Below are positions 12,901 through 22,989 of a stretch of 64,000 nucleotides of DNA, in pieces (position 1 is the stretch's first letter; each line of letters begins with the position of its first letter). The notes beneath the pieces are model-generated. The model worked only from the letters and a program-made list of their open reading frames with translations, did no database searches and was not told the origin of the DNA. This stretch comes from Marsupella aquatica (taxonomy: Eukaryota > Plantae > Marchantiophyta), in assembly GCA_973895155.1 (NCBI GenBank), contig OZ316891.1, positions 32,313,208 to 32,377,207 on the forward strand, in the 5' to 3' direction. Made by a program: the position numbers and the translations under genes.

Positions 12901-13040
12901 CACAAACAGATGATGGGTACACCTCGGATTTTTCGACCTCTTCGCTAGTCCTGCAGCCATTGGAATTTGAACTGGAGGAAGTTCGTTACTTGGAAGTTTA
13001 TCTGTCTGATGCTCCCATAAAACCAACTAGGCCCTCCTGA
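9987..13040 (+). CDS. Element C Gag-protease polyprotein (1017 aa)
   Basis: Retrotrans_gag-like region; three CCHC knuckles (CTRCSQQGHYPNEC, CWNCGQPDHYSPQC, CGNCGKEGHLPVEC); protease VPVDGGAS ... LLGRPWL. Confidence 0.92.
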   Translation: MSEGDPPNKRKPTKTSSNSDAAKLVVTPRTLLPEFQSPGAPAPGSVWKQVGSIQEASGSLERPTSTRPLFVNLRSGPKLIGSQKTKLRQQTVRSVNQIDSGVDSTTERALSHTEGRNLGLPENTVAESLAQDNSVDLSQLDNPEPLSEAGGSSSSETSSSSGLGSPNPFATRSALPFVTLLAPTTMARNNVRYDRFFGTSKEDAEVYLKEFEAAAASNGQSQDAEKANLFGGLMKKGAQKWYDRFPDKQDWGKLKAAFLAKYKEEGAAARAFARISHLHMKKHGSVRKYADKLLDLVDQYNPATSKSTIKDWFINGLPSRIARYVRREGGTTLEEVQEAAQKYVDSEISERKRVKKDLKKDKRKKKKTSRSKSDSETESSESSTSEEDESTNSSTSDSSSSSSDSESVAPKKKKSSVKGNNKVPNQKKMDRMMEELSGQLSKLNVNIAAVKPVRRLPAPMRMNVWCTRCSQQGHYPNECPTLRTPVNYVDGQEEAEEYEYDPAYTVQTAPPGQYFPPPPASRPTWGPPKPTFNKPTSRPPMGPPGRYPPRGMPRQKGACWNCGQPDHYSPQCPYPKQEVGYTPVCGNCGKEGHLPVECPNPAKPRLMVRFAQEPVKEASRPEAKIRMVYSEEMEQCSFIQHMDVNRVELKPDSLFHQPVSGVVPDVLVSHLVKPEVVGMPNDRVQNRDKVLTNIYATTRSKKKETKKHEHQKVAKAPKDEGRKPCKEGLDKEDDPAYDRYDPKYFLPDISLEVKDHLEELVKEQVQSPNPPVVVKAKEPLKNPGYDIVEDVKNHPAHITIGELLQDNPVYRRQLRSLLAGKRRKKKLPSVDVLRTEWEDKGPMEIEVQIQGCVIRRVPVDGGASVNLITQSAAFNLGFTKFEPTPKILRMADQSRVVPIGKLTKVETLIAGVPFLLDYVVINPEIPSSFPVLLGRPWLYKAQVQVNWQSQELSFGKPKVTVSWVPEPHFGETQTDDGYTSDFSTSSLVLQPLEFELEEVRYLEVYLSDAPIKPTRPS

Positions 13041-13046
13041 CAATTA
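13038..13046 (+). promoter_or_regulatory. Candidate stop-codon readthrough signal TGA-CAA-TTA between PR and RT
   Basis: Stop followed by CARYYA (TMV-type leaky context); the downstream RT is in the same frame. Confidence 0.7.
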
Positions 13047-16013
13047 ACTTCATCATCGGAAGTGGGCCCAGCAGCAGACGAACCTCCTAATACTGAGGCT
13101 AATAGGGATTTACACCATGATATGGGAGTGTCAGCTACCCTTGAGCCATTTGCACCAGAAGTATCCAAACTTGGACTTCAGCCGGCAAACCTCACGGATG
13201 GAATTGTGGATCCAAAAGCTTGTCAGAAAATCGAAATTGAGCCAGGCAAGTTTTTGAATATTGGTAAGCATATCGAAGGAGAGCTACGGGAACAGTATAT
13301 CAGTTTATTAACCCAGTATAAAGATGTCTTTGCCTGGAGTCATTCTGATTTAAAAGGTATCCATCCACATTTGGGCGAACATCGTATTGACCTTATGGAA
13401 GGAGCAGTACCTGTCCGACAGAGACAGTACCGTTTGAATCCCAAATATTCCATCCTGGTTAAAGACGAGTTGGACAAGCTCACGACTGCTGGATTTATCT
13501 ACCCGGTCTTGAGTAGTGAATGGGTCTCACCAATTGTCATTGTCCCCAAAAAGCCGGGACCCGATGGTAAAACGAAAATTCGCGTTTGTCAAGACTTCCG
13601 GAAGTTGAATGCTGCCACTCGGAAAGATCATTATCCTTTGCCATTTATTGATCTGGTACTTGATTCAGTGGCCTTGCATGAGTTATACAGTTTTTTAGAT
13701 GGGTACTCTGGTTATAACCAGGTGTCCATTCGGAAGGAGGATCACGACAAGACTACGTTCACCACCGACTGGGGTACATATGCATTTACCATGATGCCTT
13801 TTGGGCTGTGTAATGCCCCGGGTACTTTTCAGCGCATTATGATGATTATTTTTCAAGAATATTTGCGGCATTTCATGGAGATTTTTATTGACGACTTTTG
13901 TGTTTACGGGTCAGCGGCTGAACACCTCGTCCATTTGGAGAAGACATTTCAGAAGTGTAGAGAGGCTCAGTTGTGTCTTCATCCAGAAAAGTGCTTTATT
14001 GGTATGAAGGAGGGAATTTTGTTAGGCCATGTTATTTCACAACGCGGCATTGAGGTTGATACAGAGAAGGTTAGAGTAATTATGGAGTTGCAACCACCGA
14101 CCGATTTAAAGCAGCTTTGTGCTTTTCTGGGACATGTGGGGTATTATCGTCGGTTCATTTTTAAACATGCTAATATTGCCTTACCCTTAACCCAACTGTT
14201 AAAAAGTGATGTGGAATATACATGGAATGAGGAGCGGCAGCAAGCATTCCAGTTGCTCAAGGATCGGTTAATCTCTGCACCTATTTTGTCACCCCCAGAT
14301 TGGACTAAGAAGTTTCATGTCTTCATTGACTCTTCTGCATTCTGCATTGGAGCTAATCTCAGTCAGAAGGATGTGGAAAACCGTGACCATCCAATTTACT
14401 ATGCCAGCCGCCAAATGAGTGCAGCCGAGAAAAACTACTCCGTCACTGAACGGGAAGCTTTGGCCATCGTCTTTGCGTGTAAGAAATTTCGTCACTATTT
14501 GTTGGGGTATCAGGTTACTTTTCACACTGATCATAATTCCTTAAAATATTTGGTTAACCAAGTGGATCTCTCAGGACGAGTAGCCCGCTGGGTTTTACTA
14601 CTCCAAGAATTTGATTATGAAGTTCATGTCCGACCTGGCAAACATCATGAGAATGCAGACTTCCTATCTCGGTTACCTGGTCCGGAGAATCAGCATAATC
14701 TCTCCGATGAATTTCCTGACGAGCATTTGTGGCACATTGAAGGGGAGTCTTCTCGATATTTTAATATTGTGCACATGCTGCTTCATGGAACGTTCCCTGA
14801 AGGCTTTAATGCGGAAGAACGAGCTGTCTTTGCTCATAAGGTGGGTCCCTATACCATTATTCGGGGCACTTTGTTTAAACAAGGTCCTGATCAACAATTA
14901 TGACGTTGTCTAGAGGATAGGGAACTTCCCCAAGTAATTGAAGCTTTACATTCAGGAGAAACCGGTGGGCATTATGCTGTGAATACCACAGTTAAGAAAA
15001 TTTTGGATGCTGGATACTGGTGGCCTACTATGCATCGAGATACTTACAATTTTATTAAGACCTGTGATCCCTGTCAAAGGATCGGGAAGCCCACTGCTAG
15101 TTCCAAATGGCCTCTTACGCCTATCCTTCCGTTGGCACCATTTGAGAAATGGGGGATTGATTTTATTGGCCCAATTTCTCCAGCAGCTCGGAAAAGCCGA
15201 AGCAAATATATTATTCTGGCCACTGATTATGCCACCAAATGGGTAGAGGCGAAAGCTACTCGCAAGAATGATGCTATAACCGCAGCTGCATTTCTCTTTG
15301 AGCACATTATCACCCGGTTTGGTTGTCCTTTGGAGTTGGTAAGCGATAGGGGTTTGCATTTTCTTAACTCAACTATTGAGTTAATCACTGACCTTTATCT
15401 TATCAAGCATCGCAAAACTACTCCTTACAACCCCCGAGCTAATGGCTTAACCGAGAGAGCTAATGGCATTATGGGCAAGATTCTGAATAAAATGGTAGAA
15501 TCTCACAAGACAGATTGGGATGTGAAGCTCCATTCTGCATTATGGGCTTACCGCACCGCTGAGAAGATTACAACTCTTCACACCCCCTTCTATCTGACCT
15601 ATGGCCTGAATAGTATTATTCCAATAGAATTTTCGTTACCAACGGAACGTATCTTGGTACCACACCGACTCTCTCCTTCAGATAGTCTCTCACATCGGTT
15701 TTCCAATATTGTTAAATTAGAAGAAGTTAGACTTTTAGCATTAGACCATACAGTCACCATTCAGAACCAGCGTAAACTTGCTTATGATAAGAAGCTGCGC
15801 GTAGTGCAGTTAGATGTTGGTGATTTAGCATTAGTCTTTGATTCTCGTTATATGCTATTTCCTGGGAAACTTCATACTCATTGGATTGGTCCTTACCGAG
15901 TTACACACATCTGGGATAATGGTTCAGTTTCATTGACTACCTTAGATGGTCACCCACTTAACACTAGAATCAATGGGTTTAGGATTAAACGGTACTATGA
16001 GTCTTCCATTTAG
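13041..16013 (+). pseudogene. Element C RT-RNase H-integrase
   Basis: RVCQDFRKLN, FLDGYSGY, FIDDF, RNase H TEREALA/TDH, IN H..H..CDPC, GIDFIG, SDRG, NGLTER, WIGPY; one TGA at 14901-14903 (QL*RCL); no chromodomain and no additional archaeal-type RNase H. Confidence 0.95.
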
Positions 16014-16035
16014 AATTCCACCTGGGACAGGTTGC

Positions 16036-16051
16036 AATTTAAGTGGAGGGC
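16036..16051 (+). promoter_or_regulatory. Element C internal PPT (PPT1) just after pol
   Basis: AATTTAAGTGGAGGGC, identical to the PPT before the 3' LTR (19523-19538); dual PPTs are known in Athila. Confidence 0.8.
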
Positions 16052-16400
16052 GGTAGTTATACTTAGTTAGAATTAGTGACCCTCCCTAGTAAGTATTCGG
16101 CATATTTTTATTTTTTATTTTTTTTAGTTACTTTCAGTTTTTACATTGGACGCTGTGAAAAGCGTCCATTGTAACTCGACGCTGGGGAAGCGTCCACTTA
16201 GTTTACAAAGGACGTTGTGCAGAGGTCCGCTTTTGTATTAGTTCAGTTGCATGAGACGCTGTGAGCCGATGACTAGGCGTCTTGTACAATGGCGGATTGC
16301 GATAGCTCAACGGGACGCTGAGGAGTAAGCAGTCGCGCTTCGCCCTAGTTCACTATGGAACACGATTCTCACTGAGCTTACGGAGCTAACAAGTCACGCG

Positions 16401-19400
16401 ATGGCGGAGACTGAGCTGACGACGCGACCAATACTCGCAGACATTCCATCGAATGCAGTGCATAGGCGGCAGTTGAAGACGGCTCTGGCAAAAATGGGCT
16501 TGAAGAAGCTGCTTCAACTTCCTTGGAAGATTTGCGAATTCAGCCTTATCGATCAAGGTGTCTGGGATGCTAAAGAAAGGATTGGTGTGCGCTCGCGTCC
16601 CAGTGTTTGGACTGAAGCGCTCATAGCGAAGGTCTATTCGACGCTGATGGAGGGCGAGGATTTACAGAGGGTTGATTGTGAGCCTCGGGTTTATGTAGAA
16701 TCCTTCTTCGCTCCAGGATCTTTCAAGAGGCGGAATGGATGGCTAGCGGCGGACTGCTTAGATAATTCTTTGTAGCGTCTATTTCGATTTCTGGCACCAA
16801 TTTTCTACCCAGAAAGCCAGACGCGCATCACTCTTTTGTTCGCTGCAACGGTGATCTGTTCATTAGAACAGACGCAGTCTATCAATTGGACGAAGGTTTT
16901 GCACCGAGTAATTCATACTCAGGGTCAAAAATTTTCGTAGCAGGCTGAAAACGGGAAAATAAGGTGTACCTACTTGGCCCCTTATTTAGCTCACATTTAC
17001 CATAAGTATGACTGTCTGCTTGTCTTGGAAAAAGATTTTTATCGCAACAATCAGAGAGCATCTACCGGTGAAGCAAATTATATGCCTGAAGTACGAGAAG
17101 TCCGAGCCAATTCCACAGTGGTAGAGCTATGTGCAATACTCGACTGTGAGGAACCTGAACTGGTGGGTGAAGTTCGGAAATTGAAAGAGACAAGAGCATC
17201 AGCTGAAGGGAGTGACGATCCGATTCTTCACCAACCAAGAGAGGCTCAAGTTGCCGAAGATGTTCCTTCAGCAATGCCAACAGGGTTGGAGCATTCTATG
17301 TCACCTCGACTCTCGTGTTCACCTTGTGCTGCCGAGCCTATTTATGATGTTGATCAGGATAATTCTGCTTCTCGGATGAATGTTGAAGATGAGGTGAGGG
17401 TGGATGAAGAAGGTTTTTCAGGGGAACCTCTTCAACATTCTACTGCTGAGGACGAGTATGATGGATTTACTTCTACCCCTGTTTTGGTTCCCATAGAGGC
17501 AAATAGTGATGCTTTGCAGGCTTTACAGGAGTATGATTCGTCCGACTCTCTTAGTTCTAGCCCAAATATAGGTGAAATCCCTCTGGTCCAGGAGTCAGAA
17601 ATATTAAGCTCAGAAATTGTGAAGCTGGTTAAAGTTGATTCGGAGGATGCAATTGTGGATATAGACGAAGTAGGTGAACCAGTGACTTCTCCCCAATCTG
17701 TCGCAAGATACCCTGCCTGGTCTACACCTGGTTCACTCATATCGATTCCTTTGGATATAACTAAGGAATTAGATGAGGCAATAGCCGCGATAGGAGCTCC
17801 TTCATTTCCGCCTGTAAAATGGGTTTCTCCTGAAGATGAGTTGATTGAAGGAGGCTCTGCTGGTTTTCCGAGTCGCAATCAGGTATCTGGTAATATGGGT
17901 ATATCTGTACCCATATTGGTACCCGAGACACCCGCTTCGACAACCAGCTCAGCACCAGTTTCATTGGCTACAAACGAGGATAAAAACATTCGGGAGGAGT
18001 TTTCAGTGACGTATACTCGAAAATCTTGGAAACGGTTGCGCCATGCTATCAGTCGACAGATCTTTCCTGAAGCATCTTCCCAGGATTTTGAACAGGGAGA
18101 AGCACCTATCGGAACAGACGAGCTACCCCTTCCTGTACTTTTGGCAGATCGAACTAACCAGGAAGTCTCTTTACCTAGCGATAATTTTAAAGAAGAACTT
18201 CCTGTTTTAGTACCAATGCATCCCACTGCAGATCAACCAGCTACTGTTGCAAGAGAAGAATTTGAACCACTGGAGCCCGAACCTTCTGCTCCTTCGTCTC
18301 CTGTTACATTGCCAATTCGACCAGTTAAGGAGTCAGTGATTCCTTCCGCTATGCCAGATGTAATTTTCCGTTGGATAGGAGCACCAAGTGATGGAGAAGA
18401 AGACGAAGACCCTCGCATTATCAGAGTACCTCCTCGACTTCGGCATACAGTGGATTTGCCACCCCGAAATCCTATCCCTAATTTGGCTTCAATTCACAGG
18501 TGGGAGAAGAAACATTTTCGAGTAGCTTTTCGACATCTGGAGATGGAGAGCATTTTGCAGCAGCAGCAGATTTTGCCAATGACATCCCATCCGAGGATTC
18601 GTAGTTTGATTCGCACATATGAACCTGGGAAGGCGGTTCCTCCCATTGATAAGGACAGACGACATAAGTTTTCGGAGTTCGAAATTTGGTGTTGGGTGTA
18701 TATGCTTCGACGAGCTCAAGCTCCATTTCCGCCCCTTGTGCCGGAAATTCCATGGCCCTATCCATACTATGTTTGGGTTTGTCCTGGTGGGTTTGCTATT
18801 CCAATTAAATATGAGAAGAAGCTTGTTAAGCTAAGGGAGCAGTTGATTACAAAACAATGTATGCTACCGGCTTCCCAAGGGTTCAAGTCGCTTAGGTGTT
18901 TAGCGTTCCTACCTATTATTCCTTCTTATCCGGATGTGATTATTCAAGGTGTTTTATCTAGGACACAGATTTGAAGGACACCATTTATGAGAGATATCAA
19001 ACGGTGTTGTCATTTATATGTATATAAGCCGTTACTTTTGCAGCATCCTGCAATTGTTTCCTTCTTTCTCCTTCGAATTGATATTTATCTGCTCATGTGG
19101 GACATCAAAGCTACTATGGATTGTTGGAATTCTTTACCCCGTGCTTTCCAACATTCCTTTGAAGGCAAGATCAAACTGGAAGGACATGCTATTCAACACT
19201 TTGTTATTGATCCAGGCTCTCGAATTAATTTCCTCTCCCACAGACTGTGCCAGCAATTTGTTCATCAAGAAGTACAACCGATATCTGCTCAGATATCAAT
19301 CGATGGACGAATCATTAATCTTTGGGGAAGAGTTAAAGGAGTCCCAATACAGATCGGAGAAGAATTCCATGACCTCGATTTTTATATTCTGGATTCGGAT

Positions 19401-19463
19401 ATCTCCCAACTCCCGTCAATGATTTTGAGCACTACTTGGATTATTAAGCCAGAATATTATTAA
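16401..19463 (+). pseudogene. Element C extra ORF (~1020 codons, one frame, three internal stops): plant-mobile-domain-like N-terminus, acidic disordered middle, C-terminal retropepsin-like domain
   Basis: ORF pieces starting at 16401, 16974 and 18987 share one frame; stops at 16773, 16938 and 18972; N-terminal LLQLPW..WTEALIAKVY..RNGWLAADC resembles the D-LTR ORF; C-terminal FVIDPGSRINFLS ... MILSTTW. Confidence 0.7.
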
Positions 19464-19522
19464 TGAAGAACATGTCACTCGCTTCTGATTCAATTCGGTC
19501 ATGTCTTGTGGGGACACGGCGA

Positions 19523-19540
19523 AATTTAAGTGGAGGGCTA
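19523..19540 (+). promoter_or_regulatory. Element C 3' PPT
   Basis: AATTTAAGTGGAGGGCTA directly before the TG of the 3' LTR. Confidence 0.9.
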
Positions 19541-20931
19541 TGTGGTATGGGTGTCCCTGCAATTTTTTCTGGAAACTTGTTTATTTTTAGCATATCACAA
19601 GATTTACTTACACTTTAGACACCTTCCGGCCAACATTTACTTGTTCTGGACACTTATAGAAATATTTGACATCTCCGGCTTTCCTGACGATTCCTAGTGT
19701 ACTTTGCCCGACGCTGTGACCAGCGCCCGTTTCTTTTACTCAAGACGCTGCGGAAGCGTCCAACCTCCTCATGACGCTTTTGGCAGCGCCCGACCGCCAC
19801 CAAGACTCTATGAGGATTTCGACCGACGCTGTGGAAAGCGTCAGCTTCAACACACGACGCTGTGAGCAGCGTCCACCCTAGTATTGACGCTGTGAGCAGT
19901 GTGAGCAGCGTCCGTTGGTTTTACTTAAGACGCTTCTAGCAGCGTCCAGATTCTCCCGACGCTTCTAGCAGCGTCCGCTCAACACTTAGTTTTTGAAGTA
20001 GATTACTAGTAAAGTAGTATTCTACCACCCTTGTTGAAGTACTTATGCTGTGCTTCTCCCTTGTTTAGTTTTAAGCTTGGAAAGGCACGACTGTTCTTAC
20101 CTCCTCCATTTTAGGATTCCAGCACTTATAAGACAGAGTAGAATGCTCATTTGAAGTAGAGAGAAATAGAGTTAATACTGTATTCAGAATTGAGTCTTCT
20201 GAATAGTTTTCTCCTCCTTCCATTGTAACAAGGCATGCTGTGAGTGTTTTGTATGGAAGTAAAGCTATATTGATTGAAGTTAAGATTGAATTCAAGAGAT
20301 TCCTGTGGTGATTGAATTCAGTTGCAGATTTCTGAAACTCGTATTGAATTCACTGCTAGGCTTGCTTGCAGAGTCGGGATTCGCTAGCCAATTCAAGAAT
20401 AGTTAATGATAAATGAGAAGTAAATTCTGATTCTCAGAGTAGTTAGTACTGTTGCTTTGATTCTGGAATATGGTTTAGAGTTTGACTGAATTGTGTATCG
20501 CTGATGTCAAACCATGTTGACGGCATTTTAAATCATATCATTCATTTGCAATCAGAAAGCTTCTGCTTCATCAGATTGAGAATTCCATTATCATTAACCT
20601 TTGTGTTTTGAAGAGTGAGATGGATGAATTATGAGATAGATTTCATGTCTATACTGAGCCCAAATCCTTTCTGAAGGAGTGGCAGTAGCAGCTTGTAGTC
20701 TCTAAATCCTTACTCATTTCTTCTCTAATTCATAAATCAGAAGTTCAGTTACTTTGTTGTTTGTTTATTCGATTTTTTTTATTGAGAAGTGAAGTCAACA
20801 TAGAGCTCAAGACTCTAAATCACTCGGAGTGATAAAAGTTATACAATTCATTCTGAAATCTGTTCTTAAAGGGATCGAAACCCTGGTTTTAGGTGAGAAG
20901 AGTCACTTTTGATACTTAGCACTATACGACA
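19541..20931 (+). repeat. Element C 3' LTR (1391 bp)
   Basis: Direct repeat of 7378-8768. Confidence 0.96.
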
Positions 20932-20998
20932 TCTTTTTAAAAAAAAAAATTAAAAAAAAAAATAAAAAATAAAAAATTGCAGGGACACCCATACCACA
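20932..20998 (-). repeat. Extra terminal segment of C: PBS spacer, A-rich tract, then an inverted copy of the first ~28 bp of the LTR
   Basis: tcttttt + A-rich run + aaaaaattgcagggacacccataccaca (reverse complement of 7378-7405), immediately followed by the TSD AGAAA. Confidence 0.92.
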
Positions 20999-22617
20999 AG
21001 AAACGCTCAAGGAGAGATAATTCGGTACAAAGCACGACTGGTTGCTAAAGGCTATACGCAAATCCCAGGACGTGACTTTGACCTTACTTACTCACCCGTG
21101 ATGGATTCGATAACTTATAGATACATGATAGCGTTTGCACTTACGCACAAATTGACACTAAACATACTAGATGTTATCACAGCCTACCTTTATGGCATAT
21201 TGGACACTACAATCTACATGAAGGCTCCTCCTGAGTTAATCACACGAATGACATTTCGAATTCAGGGGGAGAATAAACATAATACAAACCCTGATCTACA
21301 ATCAGGGTTAACAAGGAAAACTCCTATAGAGTACCTTCTAAAGCATGCACATGAAAACGAACCTTCAGTTCTTCATGAATTACAGGTGCCGAGTGCACAT
21401 CAAGCGAGAAGTCGACTTCCCAGATCTGCTATACAGACAAAACAATTGGCAGTCCAAGTACTGCGATCCCTATATGGGCTCAAACAAAGTGGCCGAACCT
21501 GGTATAAAAGATTTAAGGCAGAGATGCTAGCTCTGAACTTTGTCAATAACAACATTGCTCCCTGTCTTTTTCTTAAACAACATGACACAGATTACATAAT
21601 CGTCGCTATTTATGTAGACGATATTAACATCTTCGGTACACCTACAATAGTTAAAGAAACAATGGCAACATTGAAAACAACATTTCAAATGCGAGATCTA
21701 GGAGAACCCAAGTACTGTCTTGGACTTCAATTTGACTATGTGCAGGGCGGCATACTTATTAATCAAGCGACTTATGCAAGAAAGATTGTAAAGCAGTTCA
21801 ACATGGATAAAGCTCATCCAGTGAGCACTCCAATGGAACTGAGATCTCTGGACCCGAATTGAGATACATTCAAGAAACGCACAGAAACAGAGCAGATACT
21901 TGGAGCAGAAAAACCCTATCTTTCAGCAATTGGTGCGCTCATGTACTTAGCGAATCACACACGCCCTGACATTTCATTCGCTGTTAACCTTCTTGCTCGT
22001 CATAGTTCGCAACCAACAATAAGACACTGGAATGGCGTAAAGCGAATTTTTCGATACATACAGGGCACACTTGACTTGGGATTGTTCTTTCCCAACGATG
22101 CTCCTTCTGAACTCATCGGATTTGCTGATGCTGGATACCTTTCGGACCCGGATGACGCTAAATCGCAAACCGGGTATGTATTTCTCCAAGGCAGCACCGC
22201 AATATCTTGGCGAAGCTCCAAACAGACCCTCACGACAACGTCCTCGAACCATGCAAAAATCATTGCCCTTTACGAAGCAAGTCGTGAATGCATCTGGCTC
22301 AGACAACTCATTGATCACATTAATCAGCATACAGGTCGTCCACTTCTCAACGCTCCAACAACTATCTACGAGGACAATCGCCCTTGCGTCGATCAAGTTA
22401 CACAAGGCTTTATCAAAGGAGATCGGATAAAGCATATTGCCCCAAATTTTTCTACACTCACGAACAGCATGGCGATCAGATTCAAGTTCATTGGATTGCA
22501 AGTAAAGATAATCGCGCAGATCTCTTCACTAAGCCCCTCCCACCTTCAGTTCACCACGATCACACACATGGTATCGGGATGCGTCGTCTATCTACTCTAC
22601 TACAAACTCACAGCTAG
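20999..22617 (+). pseudogene. Bianca RT-RNase H (continuation)
   Basis: YKARLVAKG, LDVITAYL, SLYGLKQSG, IYVDD, FADAGY, IYEDN, ADLFTK; TGA at 21860-21862 and a 1-bp deletion near 22445. Confidence 0.93.
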
Positions 22618-22842
22618 AACTAAAACTCTCAAAACTGCACGAAACTTTCACTATAAAATTCTCATTAGATTACCCTAAATGTATTTCGATGACCTTATTA
22701 CTTGTACAGTAGTGGCACTCTTTCTTTCAGAAGAAAGCGGGAAAGTTTTAATGAGGCCATACTACTTATAAGGATCAAATAATTAACACTTAGAGTTACA
22801 ATCTCCATAGAGTGGTTCTTTTTCTAATCACTTCAAAGAACC

Positions 22843-22851
22843 AAGGGGGAG
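22843..22851 (+). promoter_or_regulatory. Bianca PPT
   Basis: AAGGGGGAG directly before the 3' LTR. Confidence 0.9.
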
Positions 22852-22989
22852 TGTTATAAGATGTAGATTACACTCTAAGTGACAATTAGGAGTTAGGGCA
22901 GTTACATAACTGCCCATCAATGTAACCCATATATTCTTACACTCCTAAGAGAAGCGTGATCATTGTTGGTGAATACATTGAATGAAACA
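22852..22989 (+). repeat. Bianca 3' LTR (138 bp)
   Basis: Exact repeat of 3999-4136. Confidence 0.97.

Larger units (their letters stand above)
7378..20998 (+). mobile_element. Ty3/gypsy non-chromoviral (Athila-like) LTR retrotransposon C, full length, with an extra ORF after pol
   Basis: 1391-bp LTRs; PBS TGGCGCCGCTGCCGGGGA; two PPTs; TSD AGAAA (7373-7377 / 20999-21003), whose removal restores the Bianca frame KRNAQGEIIRYKARL. Confidence 0.95.
3999..22989 (+). mobile_element. Ty1/copia LTR retrotransposon B, Bianca lineage, full length, with element C nested in it
   Basis: Identical 138-bp TG..CA LTRs; TSD ATTTG (3994-3998 / 22990-22994); PBS CGTTATCAGCACGA; gag start MEKLHFKALAIDGTNYLSW; PR-IN-RT-RH order. 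Confidence 0.95.

Noticed and set aside
16401-19463. Calling the C extra ORF an envelope gene
   Set aside because: No signal peptide or convincing transmembrane helix; position alone is insufficient
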